Assembly: GCF_001194135.2 (NCBI RefSeq)
Contig: NC_068995.1
Span: forward strand, 136,296 to 200,295
Direction of reading: 5' to 3'
Length of the DNA: 64,000 nt
From: Octopus bimaculoides
Lineage: Eukaryota
In this document: piece after piece, positions 13,927-27,544 of the stretch
Layout: each line of letters starts with the position of its first letter
Numbering within the stretch: position 1 is the stretch's first letter
The notes under the pieces: generated by a model
Seen by the model: the letters and a program-made list of their open reading frames with translations, nothing else
Told to the model about the DNA's origin: nothing
Database searches by the model: none
Translations under genes and position numbers: made by a program

Positions 13927-14508
13927 CTACATGAAGAATAACAAGTAAAAGTTAAATTATAAACGGGGTCATCTAACACACATTTATGCAATGGAAAGAT
14001 GCGGGTGATTATTTCTGATGATGTCAAACGGAGAAATTATCACAATAATGTTTAATAGCTTAGCTAAGATTATTTGCTTAGCAGAAAAAGAAGGGAAGAG
14101 TGTGTGCGGGTGTGTGTGTACACACACATACATGTTTATATACACTGTATATATATATATGTATATATGCATGTATGTAAGTATACTTTGTTTTACACAG
14201 AGGTGGAAGAGCAGAGTCCATAACTACTTTCAGGGTTTTCAAGACTAATGGCGGGAAATTATCGAAAAACTGGACCTTGAACGAATTCTTGGCAACGCCG
14301 TCAGTGAACTCCGCTAAAGGCTTTTCCTACATGTATGTCCACACGGTGGGAGAAGAGTTGTGGTAGAATGGTTATTGGTAGTGGCAGATAGCAGTGATAG
14401 AAAGTGGTGTTTCAACAACAATAACAGTAGCAACAACGACTACAAGAACAAATACATCGAAGGGACACCAAAATGAAAGCAATGTAAAAGACTTTGTAGT
14501 CAACTAAC

Positions 14509-14644
14509 CGGAACCAGAAGGATGGATTCTACCACAGGCGGCACCTACTTTCTTGCTCTTCCTCATCCTGTCTACCAACAGTTGTACAGCGCCTGGCTTG
14601 AAGTCTACATCTCCATCTAGAGCCAAGATATACGTATTTTCTGC
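14509..14644 (-). CDS. chs: Chitin synthase exon (DxD motif)
   Basis: tctttgtttctAG|GCA...TCCG|gttag, 136 nt, phase 0 to 1. Encodes AENTYILALDGDVDFKPGAVQLLVDRMRKSKKVGAACGRIHPSGS. Confidence 0.95.
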
Positions 14645-15129
14645 CTAGAAACAAAGAACACAAGATATAAATTACAGGCTTATACGAATCATAAAACATA
14701 AGGTTAATAAAATTTAAGGGAGTTTTACGGCCAATTAATGCCCTAATCACAGCCCGACAATGACGCTCCCATCACTTTTCTATTATCAAACTGACAAGAC
14801 AACACGTAATAAGTGCTATGACCCAGTGGTTAGAGTATTCGGCTCATAAGGATGCGATTCCTGGACTGGGCAGGTTGTTGTACCCTTGGCCTCCCTTTCA
14901 CTTTGCTCCAGCTGTAAATGAGTACGAGCTGGTTGCTGGTGCTACACTCCTCTCTCTCCTCCTCATTTTGGATGGTTCACTGGGTGTGAAGTGAAGAGTC
15001 TATGTCTGCTCGCGACTACATAGGCATTTAACGAATGTATTGTACACGTTATCAATAATAATAATAATAATGATGATGATAATAATAATGATGATAATGA
15101 TGAAGAAAGAATATTTGAAAGCAAAATAC

Positions 15130-15297
15130 CTGAACGAGAGTTTTTTCTGGAATATGTTTGAAAATATTGCCTTTGACGAAATGTGCTGGAGAATGTTTCC
15201 ATTTCTCGTTCTGTGAAGCTTGGCTTTGGTTGTTCTGAGTGCTGTCGTCTTGTTGACCGAGCAGACGATAACCGAGGAGGTAGTACATATACATCAC
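15130..15297 (-). CDS. chs: Chitin synthase exon
   Basis: cctgcAG|GTG...CAG|gtatt, 168 nt, phase 0 to 0. Encodes VMYMYYLLGYRLLGQQDD...IPEKTLVQ, which follows KKRWSQ as in animal CHS. Confidence 0.93.
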
Positions 15298-15625
15298 CTG
15301 CAGGATGTATATAAACATATACACTATATACTAGACATATAAAAAACATAGAAAGTTATATATATACTTTGTATCGTACATATAAACAACGGTTTTAGCA
15401 TAAAGGGGAGTAGAGTATAGCGACGGATGCAATTTGATTTCTTTCTTAATAAACAGTGCTGTAAAGAGAGTTTTAGTCACGTGTTTGCATTTACTGGTGT
15501 GTTTGTTTTAATGGCCTATCAATGTAAAAAGTACGTTTCTCTGCCCTAGGTGTCAGGAAGACACTCGGCAAGAAATGGTAACAGAATTGAAAGACGATGC
15601 TAATGAAAATAACAATAATAATAAC

Positions 15626-15779
15626 CTGTGACCATCTTTTCTTGTGGCGACTCATTTCTCTGTCTTTAAAGTGCACAATGAGTAGGTTACCCCCGGGTAG
15701 ATTCCACACAAGTCGTCCGCCGTATGGCGTTGGTATACGAATTGGTTGGAGTAGGGAGAGATCACTTTCATGAATAGCG
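15626..15779 (-). CDS. chs: Chitin synthase exon
   Basis: ttctttccAG|C...CAG|gttat, 154 nt, phase 2 to 0. Encodes AIHESDLSLLQPIRIPTPYGGRLVWNLPGGNLLIVHFKDREMSRHKKRWSQ (TPYGG, KD..RHKKRWSQ motifs). Confidence 0.95.
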
Positions 15780-15809
15780 CTGGAAAGAATAATAATAATA
15801 ATAATAATA

Positions 15810-16024
15810 AGTTTCAAATTTTGGCACAAGGCCAGCAATTTCGGGATTGGGAGAAAGGTGATTAAATACATCCCAGAACTCAACCGGTTTTTATTTTATC
15901 AGCCCCGAAATGAAGAATGGCAAAGTCAAACTCGGTGGAATTTGAACTTGGAATGTAAAAACGGACGAAATGCGGCCAACGTGTATTTTGTTTGGTGCGC
16001 TGTCCATTCAGCCGACTCATCGCC
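15810..16024 (-). mobile_element. SINE family B copy (diverged)
   Basis: ggcacaaggcc...caaagtcaaactcggtggaatttgaact matches family B; its (TTA)n tail runs into the acceptor of exon 15779. Confidence 0.7.
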
Positions 16025-19000
16025 ATAATAAATAATTTCTATTGTTTGTCACAGGGTCATCAGATGAGGAGGACATTACAAGAACAGTTTGCAATTTGAG
16101 TGGGAGGTTTATAGAAAAAGATGAAATCCAAAGATCGAGTATGACCATCAGCGTTGAGGCCACAAGTCACCGTCCAGCTTTTGTCGTTCAATCTGCAGAT
16201 AAATGCATAGAATCGATTTACCCATCCGTAGAATCCGCCGAACCATTTTCGCTACACTCGCCCCTACCTTTGAGCAGGATTGGCTACTCTTGAAGTATAC
16301 ACACATATACGCTTATCCATCTCTACATATATACACATATACCCATACATACATACACACACATACATATATACAAATATATATGACACTAATACAAGGA
16401 TAACGGTTAAAATTCAAATATGCATTTTTTTAATTGTAATTTGTTTTTTTTTTTACACACACAGACACACACACAGACACACACACAGACATGGTGTGTG
16501 TGTGTGTGTGAAAAAAAAACATCTCCGCTAATTTTATTTCTAGAAACACGGGACGAAAGCCAGTTCTGTCATAAAGATAGATAATCCCGACACAGGATCA
16601 TCAAGTATCACATTAATTGTTGTTGCTGTTGTAGTGGCGATGGCTTGAGATTTCGATTCAATGTCATTTTGACCAAAACCGACCAACCTTGCCACTCGCA
16701 ACCACTACAGCATCATCATCATCAGCAGCAGCAGCACTACTACCACCACCACCACTACTACTACTACTGCTGCTGCTGCTGCTAGTAGTGACGTGAGTGA
16801 ACGTCATTGGTCCAGAAGCTGTTGACTCTGACCCAACATTGGGAAGTTTAGTCAACTTCAGAGGACAGAATGTTTGACCAAAGATACACTCAGACACACA
16901 TAAATACACTGTCACACACACATACACACACACACATACATATACATACATACATACACATGCACACGCTTATATACACACACATACAAGCATATTGTCA
17001 AATAAACACACGCATATACATCAATATACACATGCGCATGTACATGCACATATACATACATGTACATACAAACACATGCATTCACGTGGACTCCCCATCA
17101 TATATATACATGTATACATACATATTCATAAACATACAAGTACACATACATATACTGACAATGGTGGACACATGCAGATCACGCACATGCACATATACTT
17201 GTACACTCAGTCGTGTAGACAGACATATACATACATCCACACAGACATTCACACACATGTACACATAAACACACATAAAAACTCTCAAAACAAGTGAAAA
17301 CGAGAACCTGTTCGTGGTCACAAGACATGCTAAAATAGCAGCTAAAAAGACAACCTCAGATCCCACCAGATCCCACTTAAACGTATAACACATTGGTTAA
17401 TATAGTCTTATATAGAGTGAGTGGGGGAAAAAAGACGAGGTGGTCGCAGCTGGAATGTACTTGATTGTATATGTAGGGGACCCAGACCGACCTGCGGCTG
17501 AACAACGCTCGACATTTAAAGCATCTAAACAGAATACTGTAACAAGAATGTGTTTTGTTCATATTCAATTTGATTGTTAGAGGCTCACCCACTCAACAGA
17601 CACACATATCTACACATGTGAAACACATAACACATTATTAACATGTGCATTTATATNNNNNNNNNNNNNNNNNNNNNNNNNNNNNNNNNNNNNNNNNNNN
17701 NNNNNNNNNNNNNNNNNNNNNNNNNNNNNNNNNNNNNNNNNNNNNNNNNNNNNNNNNNNNNNNNNNNNNNNNNNNNNNNNNNNNNNNNNNNNNNNNNNNN
17801 NNNNNNNNNNNNNNNNNNNNNNNNNNNNNNNNNNNNNNNNNNNNNNNNNNNNNNNNNNNNNNNNNNNNNNNNNNNNNNNNNNNNNNNNNNNNNNNNNNNN
17901 NNNNNNNNNNNNNNNNNNNNNNNNNNNNNNNNNNNNNNNNNNNNNNNNNNNNNNNNNNNNNNNNNNNNNNNNNNNNNNNNNNNNNTATATATATATATTA
18001 TTTAAAAGAGTTCCAACACTGTCTGTTTTTTATGTTTTATTTATATTCTTATAAAATTAATGTGGGATTTAGAATATGGAATATATAATATAAATAGCAA
18101 AATGAAATGAAGTATTGAATGTCTTATTGAATATATGAAATATTGAGTATTAAATATAGAGTATTAAATATATAAGGACTAGTATACTTTCCTGCCTCAT
18201 GGCAGTCATCAAGGTCCCGTCTTGATAGTGTTAATGAAGGTACTAACTGCAGTTATGGTGGGGGTAGTAGTGGTTGTGGTAGTGGTGATAGAAATGGTAG
18301 TGATGGCGGAGTTGATGTTGGAGGGGCTGGTAATGGCACTGGGTACCATTGCTGTTGACAATGGTAGTATAGGAGATAGTTGTAGTAGCGAGAGAGACAG
18401 CAGTGGTATTGACAGTAGCAGTGGTAATGGTAGTGCTGGTAGTATCTGGGTGTTACAGATGAGATATCAAATGTTTGTTATTTAAAAAAAAAAAAACAGT
18501 ATGAGGTTGGACGCGTCAAAGTAAACTGGGACTGTGTTCGTATTGAGAATTGTCAACAGTTTAGCATTTTGGCCCAGGGAGGGGAAAGGTCTGTGTGTGT
18601 GTGTATCAGGAGATCTTCTCTCTTCCTTTCACAACCAATAACAGCAGCAGCAGCAACGCTATGTGGTGAATCAATAATTTCACTCAGGGTCGTCTTGTGT
18701 AAATATATTCAACTGAGCAGAAGTCAGACACAACACAAAGTTACAGTTGCCGACGTTGATTATATATATATATATNNNNNNNNNNNNNNNNNNNNNNNNN
18801 NNNNNNNNNNNNNNNNNNNNNNNNNNNNNNNNNNNNNNNNNNNNNNNNNNNNNNNNNNNNNNNNNNNNNNNNNNNNNNNNNNNNNNNNNNNNNNNNNNNN
18901 NNNNNNNNNNNNNNNNNNNNNNNNNNNNNNNNNNNNNNNNNNNNNNNNNNNNNNNNNNNNNNNNNNNNNNNNNNNNNNNNNNNNNNNNNNNNNNNNNNNN

Positions 19001-19794
19001 NNNNNNNNNNNNNNNNNNNNNNNNNNNNNNNNNNNNNNNNNNNNNNNNNNNNNNNNNNNNNNNNNNNNNNNNNNNNNNNNNNNNNNNNNNNNNNNNNNNN
19101 NNNNNNNNNNNNNNNNNNNNNNNNNNNNNNNNNNNNNNNNNNNNNNNNNNNNNNNNNNNNNNNNNNNNNNNNNNNNNNNNNNNNNNNNNNNNNNNNNNNN
19201 NNNNNNNNNNNNNNNNNNNNNNNNNNNNNNNNNNNNNNNNNNNNNNNNNNNNNNNNNNNNNNNNNNNNNNNNNNNNNNNNNNNNNNNNNNNNNNNNNNNN
19301 NNNNNNNNNNNNNNNNNNNNNNNNNNNNNNNNNNNNNNNNNNNNNNNNNNNNNNNNNNNNNNNNNNNNNNNNNNNNNNNNNNNNNNNNNNNNNNNNNNNN
19401 NNNNNNNNNNNNNNNNNNNNNNNNNNNNNNNNNNNNNNNNNNNNNNNNNNNNNNNNNNNNNNNNNNNNNNNNNNNNNNNNNNNNNNNNNNNNNNNNAATG
19501 CCGAATGGAGAGGTGCAGGAAGCCGACGATTGCTATCGGAAGATAGGCTACTATTGGTAGCCATCTTGAACTTCCTGTAACTTTCCATTCGGCATTTCAA
19601 AAGCTTAAAGGAGTCGGCTTCCGTCAGGGGCCTGTAAAACTTGAAGTACCACGGCACAGAGTCAAACTGTTTTAAATAATCCACGTAACTCTTACTAAAT
19701 GTGTTGAGTGCCCTTTCCTTTCTTTTGTCCACTTACTCGTGTGTGTGTATCTATCTATTTACCTATTTGTGTGTGTATATATATATTGATAAAA

Positions 19795-20549
19795 CATCGA
19801 TCATCAAAGCAGTTTATCATGGACCAATAGCCGGATTACTACCCCTCCTCCCACTTTGAAGGGTATGCGTTTGCAATCCAGGAACAGGAAATATCAACCA
19901 AGTACCTGATGCAAAAAAAGGGATAGAGATGCAGGAAAAGCAGTAAAAGGTGACAACCGATGCAGATTTTGTGGTGTTAACACCAAAGATATCACCCACA
20001 TCATAAGCAGCTGTCCGATAATGTCGTCACGGTATTATCTACCGATAAGACATGATGTTGTAGCTAGGACACTCTATAATCCGTCTGAAGGATAACCCCG
20101 AGGACAAAGAAATAAGAAACCACAAAATGGAAGAAGCCATAACCACTCATAATAAAGAGGAATACTGGTGGAATGTCCCAGGGAAGACCTCGATAAAATC
20201 TAAGTACAACAGACCTGACATAATGATTTGGGATAAAGAAAAGAAACTGTGCACAGTTGTAGAAATTAGCTGCCCAGCGGATGTTAACATAAAGCTGAAG
20301 ATCAGTGAAAAAGAGAATACCTACGCTGATCTATTGAGAAATCTACAGTTACTCTATCCAGATGACAAGTTCAGGTTTATACCTGTAATTATTGGGACTC
20401 TGGGATATGTAACACACTGCCTAAATACCAATCTTGAGAAATTATGCTTCTCAAAACCAGAAAGGAGAAAGCTAATTCGAAGACTGCAGATCCAATCCAT
20501 CACTGGAACTGTAAAAATCTGTAAAACTTTACAGAAGTTTATCATTTAA
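19795..20549 (+). mobile_element. 5'-truncated non-LTR retrotransposon, restriction-like endonuclease (RLE) type, R4/Dong-like
   Basis: Frameshifted EGYAFAIQEQEISTKY; CCHC knuckle CRFCGVNTKDITHIISSC (19961-20014); RHDVVA; ORF 20127-20549 with RPDIMIWD...VVEISCP...KENTY..L..IIGTLG (PD-D/ExK nuclease). Followed by a (TACA)n-like tail. Confidence 0.85.
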
Positions 20550-21522
20550 ATATATAATGAGCATGTCTAGACATGCAACTATATAAATGAGAATACATAC
20601 ATACATACATACATACATACATGCATGCATACATACATGCATGCATACATAGAAAGCTGTTACAAAGGCAGATTAATATAGGCAGATATTCATGCACGCA
20701 TAACACACGCACACACACTGATACTATATAAACACGTATTGAGAGAGAGAGAGGGGGAGGGAGAGGGAGGGAGAGGGAGGAGGAGGAGAGTGAAAGAGGG
20801 AGACTGAATCTGAGTGGTGACAGAAACTCTTAGAAACGTGTGGCAGGTCTGTGTATTAAATGTCAGAGGTCAGGTTAATAGTGAGGGGTCAAAGGTGAGA
20901 GGAGGTGTGAGCAAAAGAATTTAAGGTGGAGTGGAATATAATGTAAATAGGGAGTGAATAGGGGTTGGGGAGGGAAAAGGAGGGAAAGAAAGTGTGAGCT
21001 GAATGATGTGATAGAGAAGAAAGAAGAGGAAGAGTGTTAGGGAATAAGAATGTAACTGGGTGGGGGGAGGAAAAGAGAGGGAGGGAGAGAGAGAGGGAGA
21101 CAGAAAGATGTGATTAAGAAAGATTGTGAAAAAGAAGGGAGATAGAGTTATAGAGTTGCGTATGCACATGCAGGTAAATGGCATGTACACACACACATAC
21201 ACACACACTTTATTTGTGGGTTAACAAGGCTACCATTGGTTTCATGCAAAAAAATCTCTGAAGAATTAACTCTGAAGATATTGATAGCTGCGGCTTATCA
21301 ATATCACATATTCGTGTCATTTCCGAAACAAAACCGAATCCGCTAGGCTGAAGCGCATACAGATAGGCTATAGACTATACACTGGTTTATAATAGCGCTG
21401 CGTTAGTAAAACAAATTTGAATTATGCATTATCATATACTTAACGTATGTGTGTTATTCAAACGCCAGAATCTGCGGTTATTCATCAACGAAAAATCTCT
21501 TTAAAGACGTATGTTAGTCACC

Positions 21523-21555
<33 letters not shown>

Positions 21556-22436
21556 GCTCCTCCGGTCGATCACCCGACTAATGCTTTATACACCTCATGT
21601 CATGTTCGTTTGTTGGTAAATACATTCCCTCACCTTTATACTCTGAGTTAATTCCCCAGTGTCACCGACCCGTCAAAGTTCGACGTTTATCGAATTGCTG
21701 CCGCCGCCGCCGCCGCCGCCTATTCCTCACCTCAATGGTTTTGTTGTCATTGTGTTTAAACACAGCCAAGATAAGTATATACACACACATACACACATAA
21801 TACTCGCACTCACACACATACATTCACACATATACAGACACGTCCCCCCCCCCACACACAGTCTACCGTGCGTGCTTGTTCTTCTTCACACTTATCAGAT
21901 GATATATGAAATTTCCAAATCAAAAACAGCAACAACATGAAAACGTGATCCATTCACAAAAATATTTTATTCTACAAATAAATTCACCTGTCTCGCACCT
22001 ACATACAATCCATTTATAATACCTGTGCAACTTCCATAGACAAGGTATCTATATCTTTCTATCAAATGGCATCAATTCTTTTTCATATCTACACACACAC
22101 ACACACGCATGTATATACACATGTATTTGTATGCGTGTGTGTGAGAGATTGTGTGAACGAGTGTGTGTGTGTGCGCGCCGCGTGGTGAAAACCAGAAGAA
22201 AGGGGACCTAATGCCCGGGAGGATATTTCTCAATTATTATTCATTATGTAAATTAATTAAAATGCTGTAGCTGGTGCCTAAGGTTTCTAGTTAGCAGTGT
22301 GCGTTTGCCAACAGATTGTTTTGGCAACAGAACAAATGTTGGCGGATAAAGGGTTTAAGAAGAAACTTAATATATTGGCAAGACATACAACCTGTAATAA
22401 TAATAACAATAATAATCATTATGAAGATGATGATGC

Positions 22437-22990
22437 TAATGTCCTGATGCAGTAACACGCAGTGGCTCGTGTGGCACCTGACAACGGATTGGAAGTGTCT
22501 TCATAGACATGTTTTGTGTTGATGTAAAAGATGGCTTACAGCAAACATTCTGCTCAATATCACAGATTTGCTTGTCAGTTGTTTGACCTTAACCAGTTGA
22601 GCAATGTTATTTAGTGGCAGACGATACGTGCATTTTTGAGCAGGAGTAGGTAGAGGGGGGCATCAATGCCATGTGTTGAGAAGAATTCTTTGGGGTTTGA
22701 ATAATTGACCCCTGGAAACATGGGTATTTCGTTCATCATCCTTAAACAATCCTTACTCAAGGAGTTTCTGAGCAGAATGGGCTACTTGACCTGAAGAAAA
22801 TTCTAATTGGACCCCACTTGCATTGTTTATCTTGATATAAGATCATCATGTCGCGTAAACATGGTTGTGGTGCATATATCTGGTGTACCCTTATCAGACG
22901 GGTTTTCATGATACAAATATACGGCCACGTATATTTGTATCCTAGCGTCACTTTGATGGTACGTGCTGGTCTCTCACTCAATAATAATAT
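22437..22990. repeat. Interspersed ~550-bp repeat family C (class unknown, retroposon-like)
   Basis: cctgatgcagta...ctctcactcaataat, homologous to 30128-30500 and 59508-60090 in the same orientation; all copies flanked by (AAT)n-type microsatellite. Confidence 0.8.
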
Positions 22991-23052
22991 AAGGGGGGAG
23001 ATAAAGAGAGAAAATGGAAAGAGAGAGAAAGGGGTAGTGATTTGTTCTTTAC

Positions 23053-23155
23053 CTGGCTGCTTTGTCAACAACAGAAACAAGTTGCTTCACGAAACAATTC
23101 GGCATCCACTGTCGTCTGTCATTAAACTCCATGGCGTCATCAACAAATATGTGAG
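23053..23155 (-). CDS. chs: Chitin synthase exon
   Basis: catactttcAG|CT...GCCAG|gtaaa, 103 nt, phase 1 to 2. Encodes AHIFVDDAMEFNDRRQWMPNCFVKQLVSVVDKAAS (HIFxDDA motif). Not in the ORF track. Confidence 0.93.
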
Positions 23156-23779
23156 CTGAAAGTATGGCAGAACAAAAAGACATAAAACACCAATGGAGTT
23201 TTTAATGCACAGTAATAAATCTGTTTGTAATCGCCATAGTATCACCTTAATATATATTAATTACAACGTTAAAGTATTGGCTTAGTGGCTGTTTAGTATT
23301 GTATTAGTATTGACGTAGTGTCTGTTTCATGTGTATTTTACACAATGTTACAATATTGTCACATTATAGGGAAAATAATGGTAGTTCACTTTGTTGCTCA
23401 GTTGAGCAAATACAACCACGATGTGAGAGGGGAAAAAATGAAGAGAAAACGAAAAAAAAAAAAAAGACGGTGAGATATTTTCCCGTTCTCTCTTAATTTT
23501 TTTCTCTCACCCCTTTCCATCCATCCATCCATCCATCCATTCATCCATCCATCCATTCATCCATCCATCCATCCGACCGACCGACCGAGTGTCAAACTAA
23601 TACAGTTGCTTGTTCCCTCACTTGTCTTCGTTTTATTTTTCAGCAGATTTGACATCTCTCTCTCTCTCTCTCTCTCCACTCTTTCTCCCTCCCCACTCTC
23701 TCTCAACACACCCACATATTGATAGGCATAAATACATACATATAATACCTATACATACATACACACATTTAAAAAATTC

Positions 23780-23930
23780 TTTTACTTGTCTCAGTCATTG
23801 GACTGCGACCATGCTGGGGCACCGCCTTGAAGGGTCGAGTCGAACAAACTGATTATTTTTCTTTAAGCCTGGCACTTATTCTATCCGTCTGTTTTGCCGA
23901 ACCGCTCATTTACGGTGGTGGGAGACACAA
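23780..23930 (-). mobile_element. SINE family A, 3' part
   Basis: cagtcattggactgcgaccatgctggggcaccgcc...cttattctatccgtc matches the family A tail. Confidence 0.7.
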
Positions 23931-24032
23931 ACACTAATGCTCTGTAGGTAGGGGGTATTTCTTTATGCAACCCAAATACACAAGAAAGTATATTAAATGT
24001 TTTTATAAGTCAGTTCCACACTTTGCCGTGTT

Positions 24033-24757
24033 GGATCTAGTTCAAGACGGGGGCGCCAGTATTTTCTTAACGAAACACTTTGAAACTTGGGACACTGGTA
24101 GGATGTGTCATATAAAACATCTTTTTCTCTTAGTCTTCTTTAGAAAAATTATTATATTGAAACTTATTTCATGTTAAAGTTGTCGTATTTCTGTAATTTC
24201 AACCAATGACTGACGTCCATTCAGCCGAATACAGTAAGTGCTGACTACGTAAACAAATGATTCTCAAACGATTCTGGCGGTGATAAAATTATTATTTCCT
24301 TGTCAAAAAATGGTTGAAGCATATTGGCAGTAGCTAATAAACCTTTCTATTATAGGCACAAGGCCTGGTTTTTGAGGGAAGGGTTAGGGTTAGGGCAAAT
24401 GTTGTACACATACAGTTCAGGCAGATGTTAACGAAATTATATTAAAAATAAAACGAAGGAAAACGAACACACGTGTGTTGCCTCTCTGCAAAATGTCAGA
24501 AGTAATGGAGATTAAATAGGCTTTACACCGCTTAAACTGCCAAAGGAGTAACGGTAAACAGCTGAATACTTGTCAGTGATTGGTTGAAATTATCGAAATA
24601 AGACAATTTTTTTACATGAAATAACTTCGAATACAAAATTTTTTTTCTGTTCTATAACACAAAATAGATAAGTATACGAAGTTTGAAAGTCTTTCGGTAC
24701 CAAAAACACTACATAAAACATAAATGAAAACTGGTGCCCCCGTTTTGAACTAGATCC
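24033..24757. mobile_element. Non-autonomous DNA transposon (MITE) with 28-bp TIRs and 8-bp TSD
   Basis: Left TIR ggatctagttcaagacgggggcgccagt (24033-24060) versus right TIR 24730-24757, 26/28 identical. Exact flanking duplication gccgtgtt (24025-24032 and 24758-24765). No transposase ORF inside. Confidence 0.88.
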
Positions 24758-25327
24758 GCCGTGTTTGTTGCATTATTTTGTTCAAAGTATTTCTACAGAT
24801 ATTCTATAGAAGCAATGTGTTCTGGGGTGAGAAGGGGTTAAATGGCTGTTGATGAAGGGGCAAAAGCCCCCGAAATATGGAAATACACTCATTACCCATT
24901 TCTGTCTTCGATCTCGTTGTTTGTTTACATCTGACGTCTCGATACGAAACGTTGTATCAATCCGTGTTGGCCATATTTGCTATCGAATATCTGTAGAAAT
25001 AACCTTTACTAAATAATACACACACGAGGAACTTCTTTCCGTCTCCGTCATAGAAGCAAAATAGCCAGTTATAAAATGCGAAGAAGAGATAGAGAACGGA
25101 GTAAAGCAAGTCACCACAGTTGGATGTTACTACTCGTTTAACCCCAGGCAGATTCTCCGCCAACTGGTTGCACCGATAAGTAGCTGGAGGAGGGGGAGGA
25201 GGAGAATCTGTCTGCGGTTAAACTAGTTGTCACATTCAACCGCCACTTTGATGTGGCGATTCGCTTTACTGAAGATATCTAAGAATATGTGAAACTTATT
25301 CGGTAGCCATGATATTCTATCAATATA

Positions 25328-25379
<52 letters not shown>

Positions 25380-25917
25380 GAGAGAGAGGGAGAGAGAAAG
25401 AGAACGGCCGTTGGCTGCTTTGTAAGAGTTTAATATACATCCGCATCACCACGCAATGCCCGTTCCCTTCTGTTACGTGCTCCCTCCCTCCCCCCTCCTC
25501 CCATTTCCTTGTCTTCACTCCACCCTCAGTACAATCTCCTTTCCCCACTTCCCATTCCTCTTCCTCCTCCTCCACCAAACGTCTCGGTTTTAACTCCCAT
25601 CAACCACATCTCTCTCTTTGTACATTAAAATCCCTTCCGACCTTCCCCCTCCCCCTCTCTCTCTCTCCCCTTATTCACTCCTACTCTTTTGCCATCCCCC
25701 TGTTTCTAATACTCTCCACCCCCTCCCCCATCTCGGACACATTTCGTTTAATCGACTTGAAAAAATATTTACAGACAATCTTTTGTGTTTCATTGCATTT
25801 TTAACGTGTTTTATTGTATTTATCTCTGCTGTTTGACTTGGATCGATTATCTTCTATCACAGACGGTTTTATAAATGTTGATTTAGATATTATTTCATTT
25901 CATTTTATACCCGTCTG

Positions 25918-25954
<37 letters not shown>

Positions 25955-27033
25955 CTACCTATCTCTTCACGCTCTCTCTCTCCACTCTCATTCTCGCCCT
26001 ATCTATCTATCTCTCTATCTATCTCTTAGTCATCACATCAAACCTATCTACACATTCCGTATATATGTGTCCGCTGTCAACGTTTGTGTGTGTGTGTGTG
26101 TGTCAGTGCCTGTGTATGTGCATATGTAGGTGTGCGTGTGTTTGTTTGCCTGTCTATGTATATTTGGTGCCAGTCTGTGTACGTTTGCATATAATAGATG
26201 TGTGCATCACCGTACAACTTTGTATTCGAGTGTGTGTGTGTGTGTGTGTGTGTGTTCCAATGCATGTATGTATTACACACGCATCATGTACCTAAGTACG
26301 TACGTATGTGTGTGTGTGTAGATGTATAACCATATGTGTGTGTGCGCATATTTCCGTATGTTTGTGCCTGTATGCATACTTGTGTATTTGTGTATTATGT
26401 CCATATATGACGGTGTGTGTGTTTGATTCCAAGTGATGGCTATATTTACTTTTATATCTTGACTTCAAATTTAAAGATATATTGTAATTGTTGTTGGTTG
26501 CTGATGGTGGTGGTGGAGCAGAGTATCTGGACAGTGGTCTGCAGCAGTGATGGTGATAGTGCTGGCTTGTGGGGTAAGGGGTCGGGACCCCCCATTTATC
26601 TGTCCTTCCGGCTGGATTACAGTGGCGAGGTTAGATTCCGAGCGCATTCCACTGGAAGTTATGTCAATTTATTTGGATTACATCGACTGATGATGTAGGT
26701 CGTGAGAACTTGTGACATTCATGACCCTACCCCTAACCCCCAACACTCCGGGGTGGAGGTCGGGGTGGTGGTGGTTAAATTGTAGATTCGAACTCCCTGT
26801 ATGTATGACAAATAACTTACCAGTTGTCTTTTGCGCGTGAGTGTGTGTATTGGTACACACGCACGCACACATGCACACACACAGTACACACACACACATA
26901 TATATATATATATGGACAGAGAGCGAATAAGAGAAATAGATGTATGTATTTAGATGGATTTATGCGTGTATCTATATGCATATATATATCTAACTATATA
27001 TGAATACATATATTGTATAAACACTACTGCACG

Positions 27034-27074
<41 letters not shown>

Positions 27075-27175
27075 TAGCAGTATAAAAAGAGGAACGAAAT
27101 GCCTCTCGAGTTAAGTGAGAAACTTGTTCTTTTGTGGTTGCATGAATTTGTGTGGGGAAACAGTTAAAATCTTAC

Positions 27176-27255
27176 CTTCAAATTCGTAGAAATCTGGGTC
27201 TTGGACATTGAAGTAATCTTGTGCATTTCTCCGAGCGCTTTGATCTATGTCCATC
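27176..27255 (-). CDS. chs: Chitin synthase exon
   Basis: tatattccAG|G...GAAG|gtaag, 80 nt, phase 2 to 1. Encodes MDIDQSARRNAQDYFNVQDPDFYEFE (MDxDQ..RR...DPDxYEFE motif). Confidence 0.93.
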
Positions 27256-27544
27256 CTGGAATATAAGAGCAAGTTGTTTCAAGAGGAAGTGAAGAGTGCA
27301 AAGGTTATTTTTAAAAACTTTATAAAGGAATTTAAGTTAGAGAAAGTTATGTCTGAGTAAGTTATGACTGAAGAGGTTACATGAGACGCAGTTAACAAAC
27401 CGTGAGAGAAGCCCCCTCTCCTTTTCCGTAAATCAGTAAGGCAGAAAGGACGAGCTTGCGTTATTTAACGCACATTTCTATAACAGTTAAAGCATCTAGG
27501 TTGGCGCTCTAGCACCTTGAAATGTTACAGTGTGTTATATTTAC

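Noticed and set aside
24378-24396. (TTAGGG)2 telomere-like motif
   Set aside because: Only about two units, inside a MITE; not an interstitial telomeric array.
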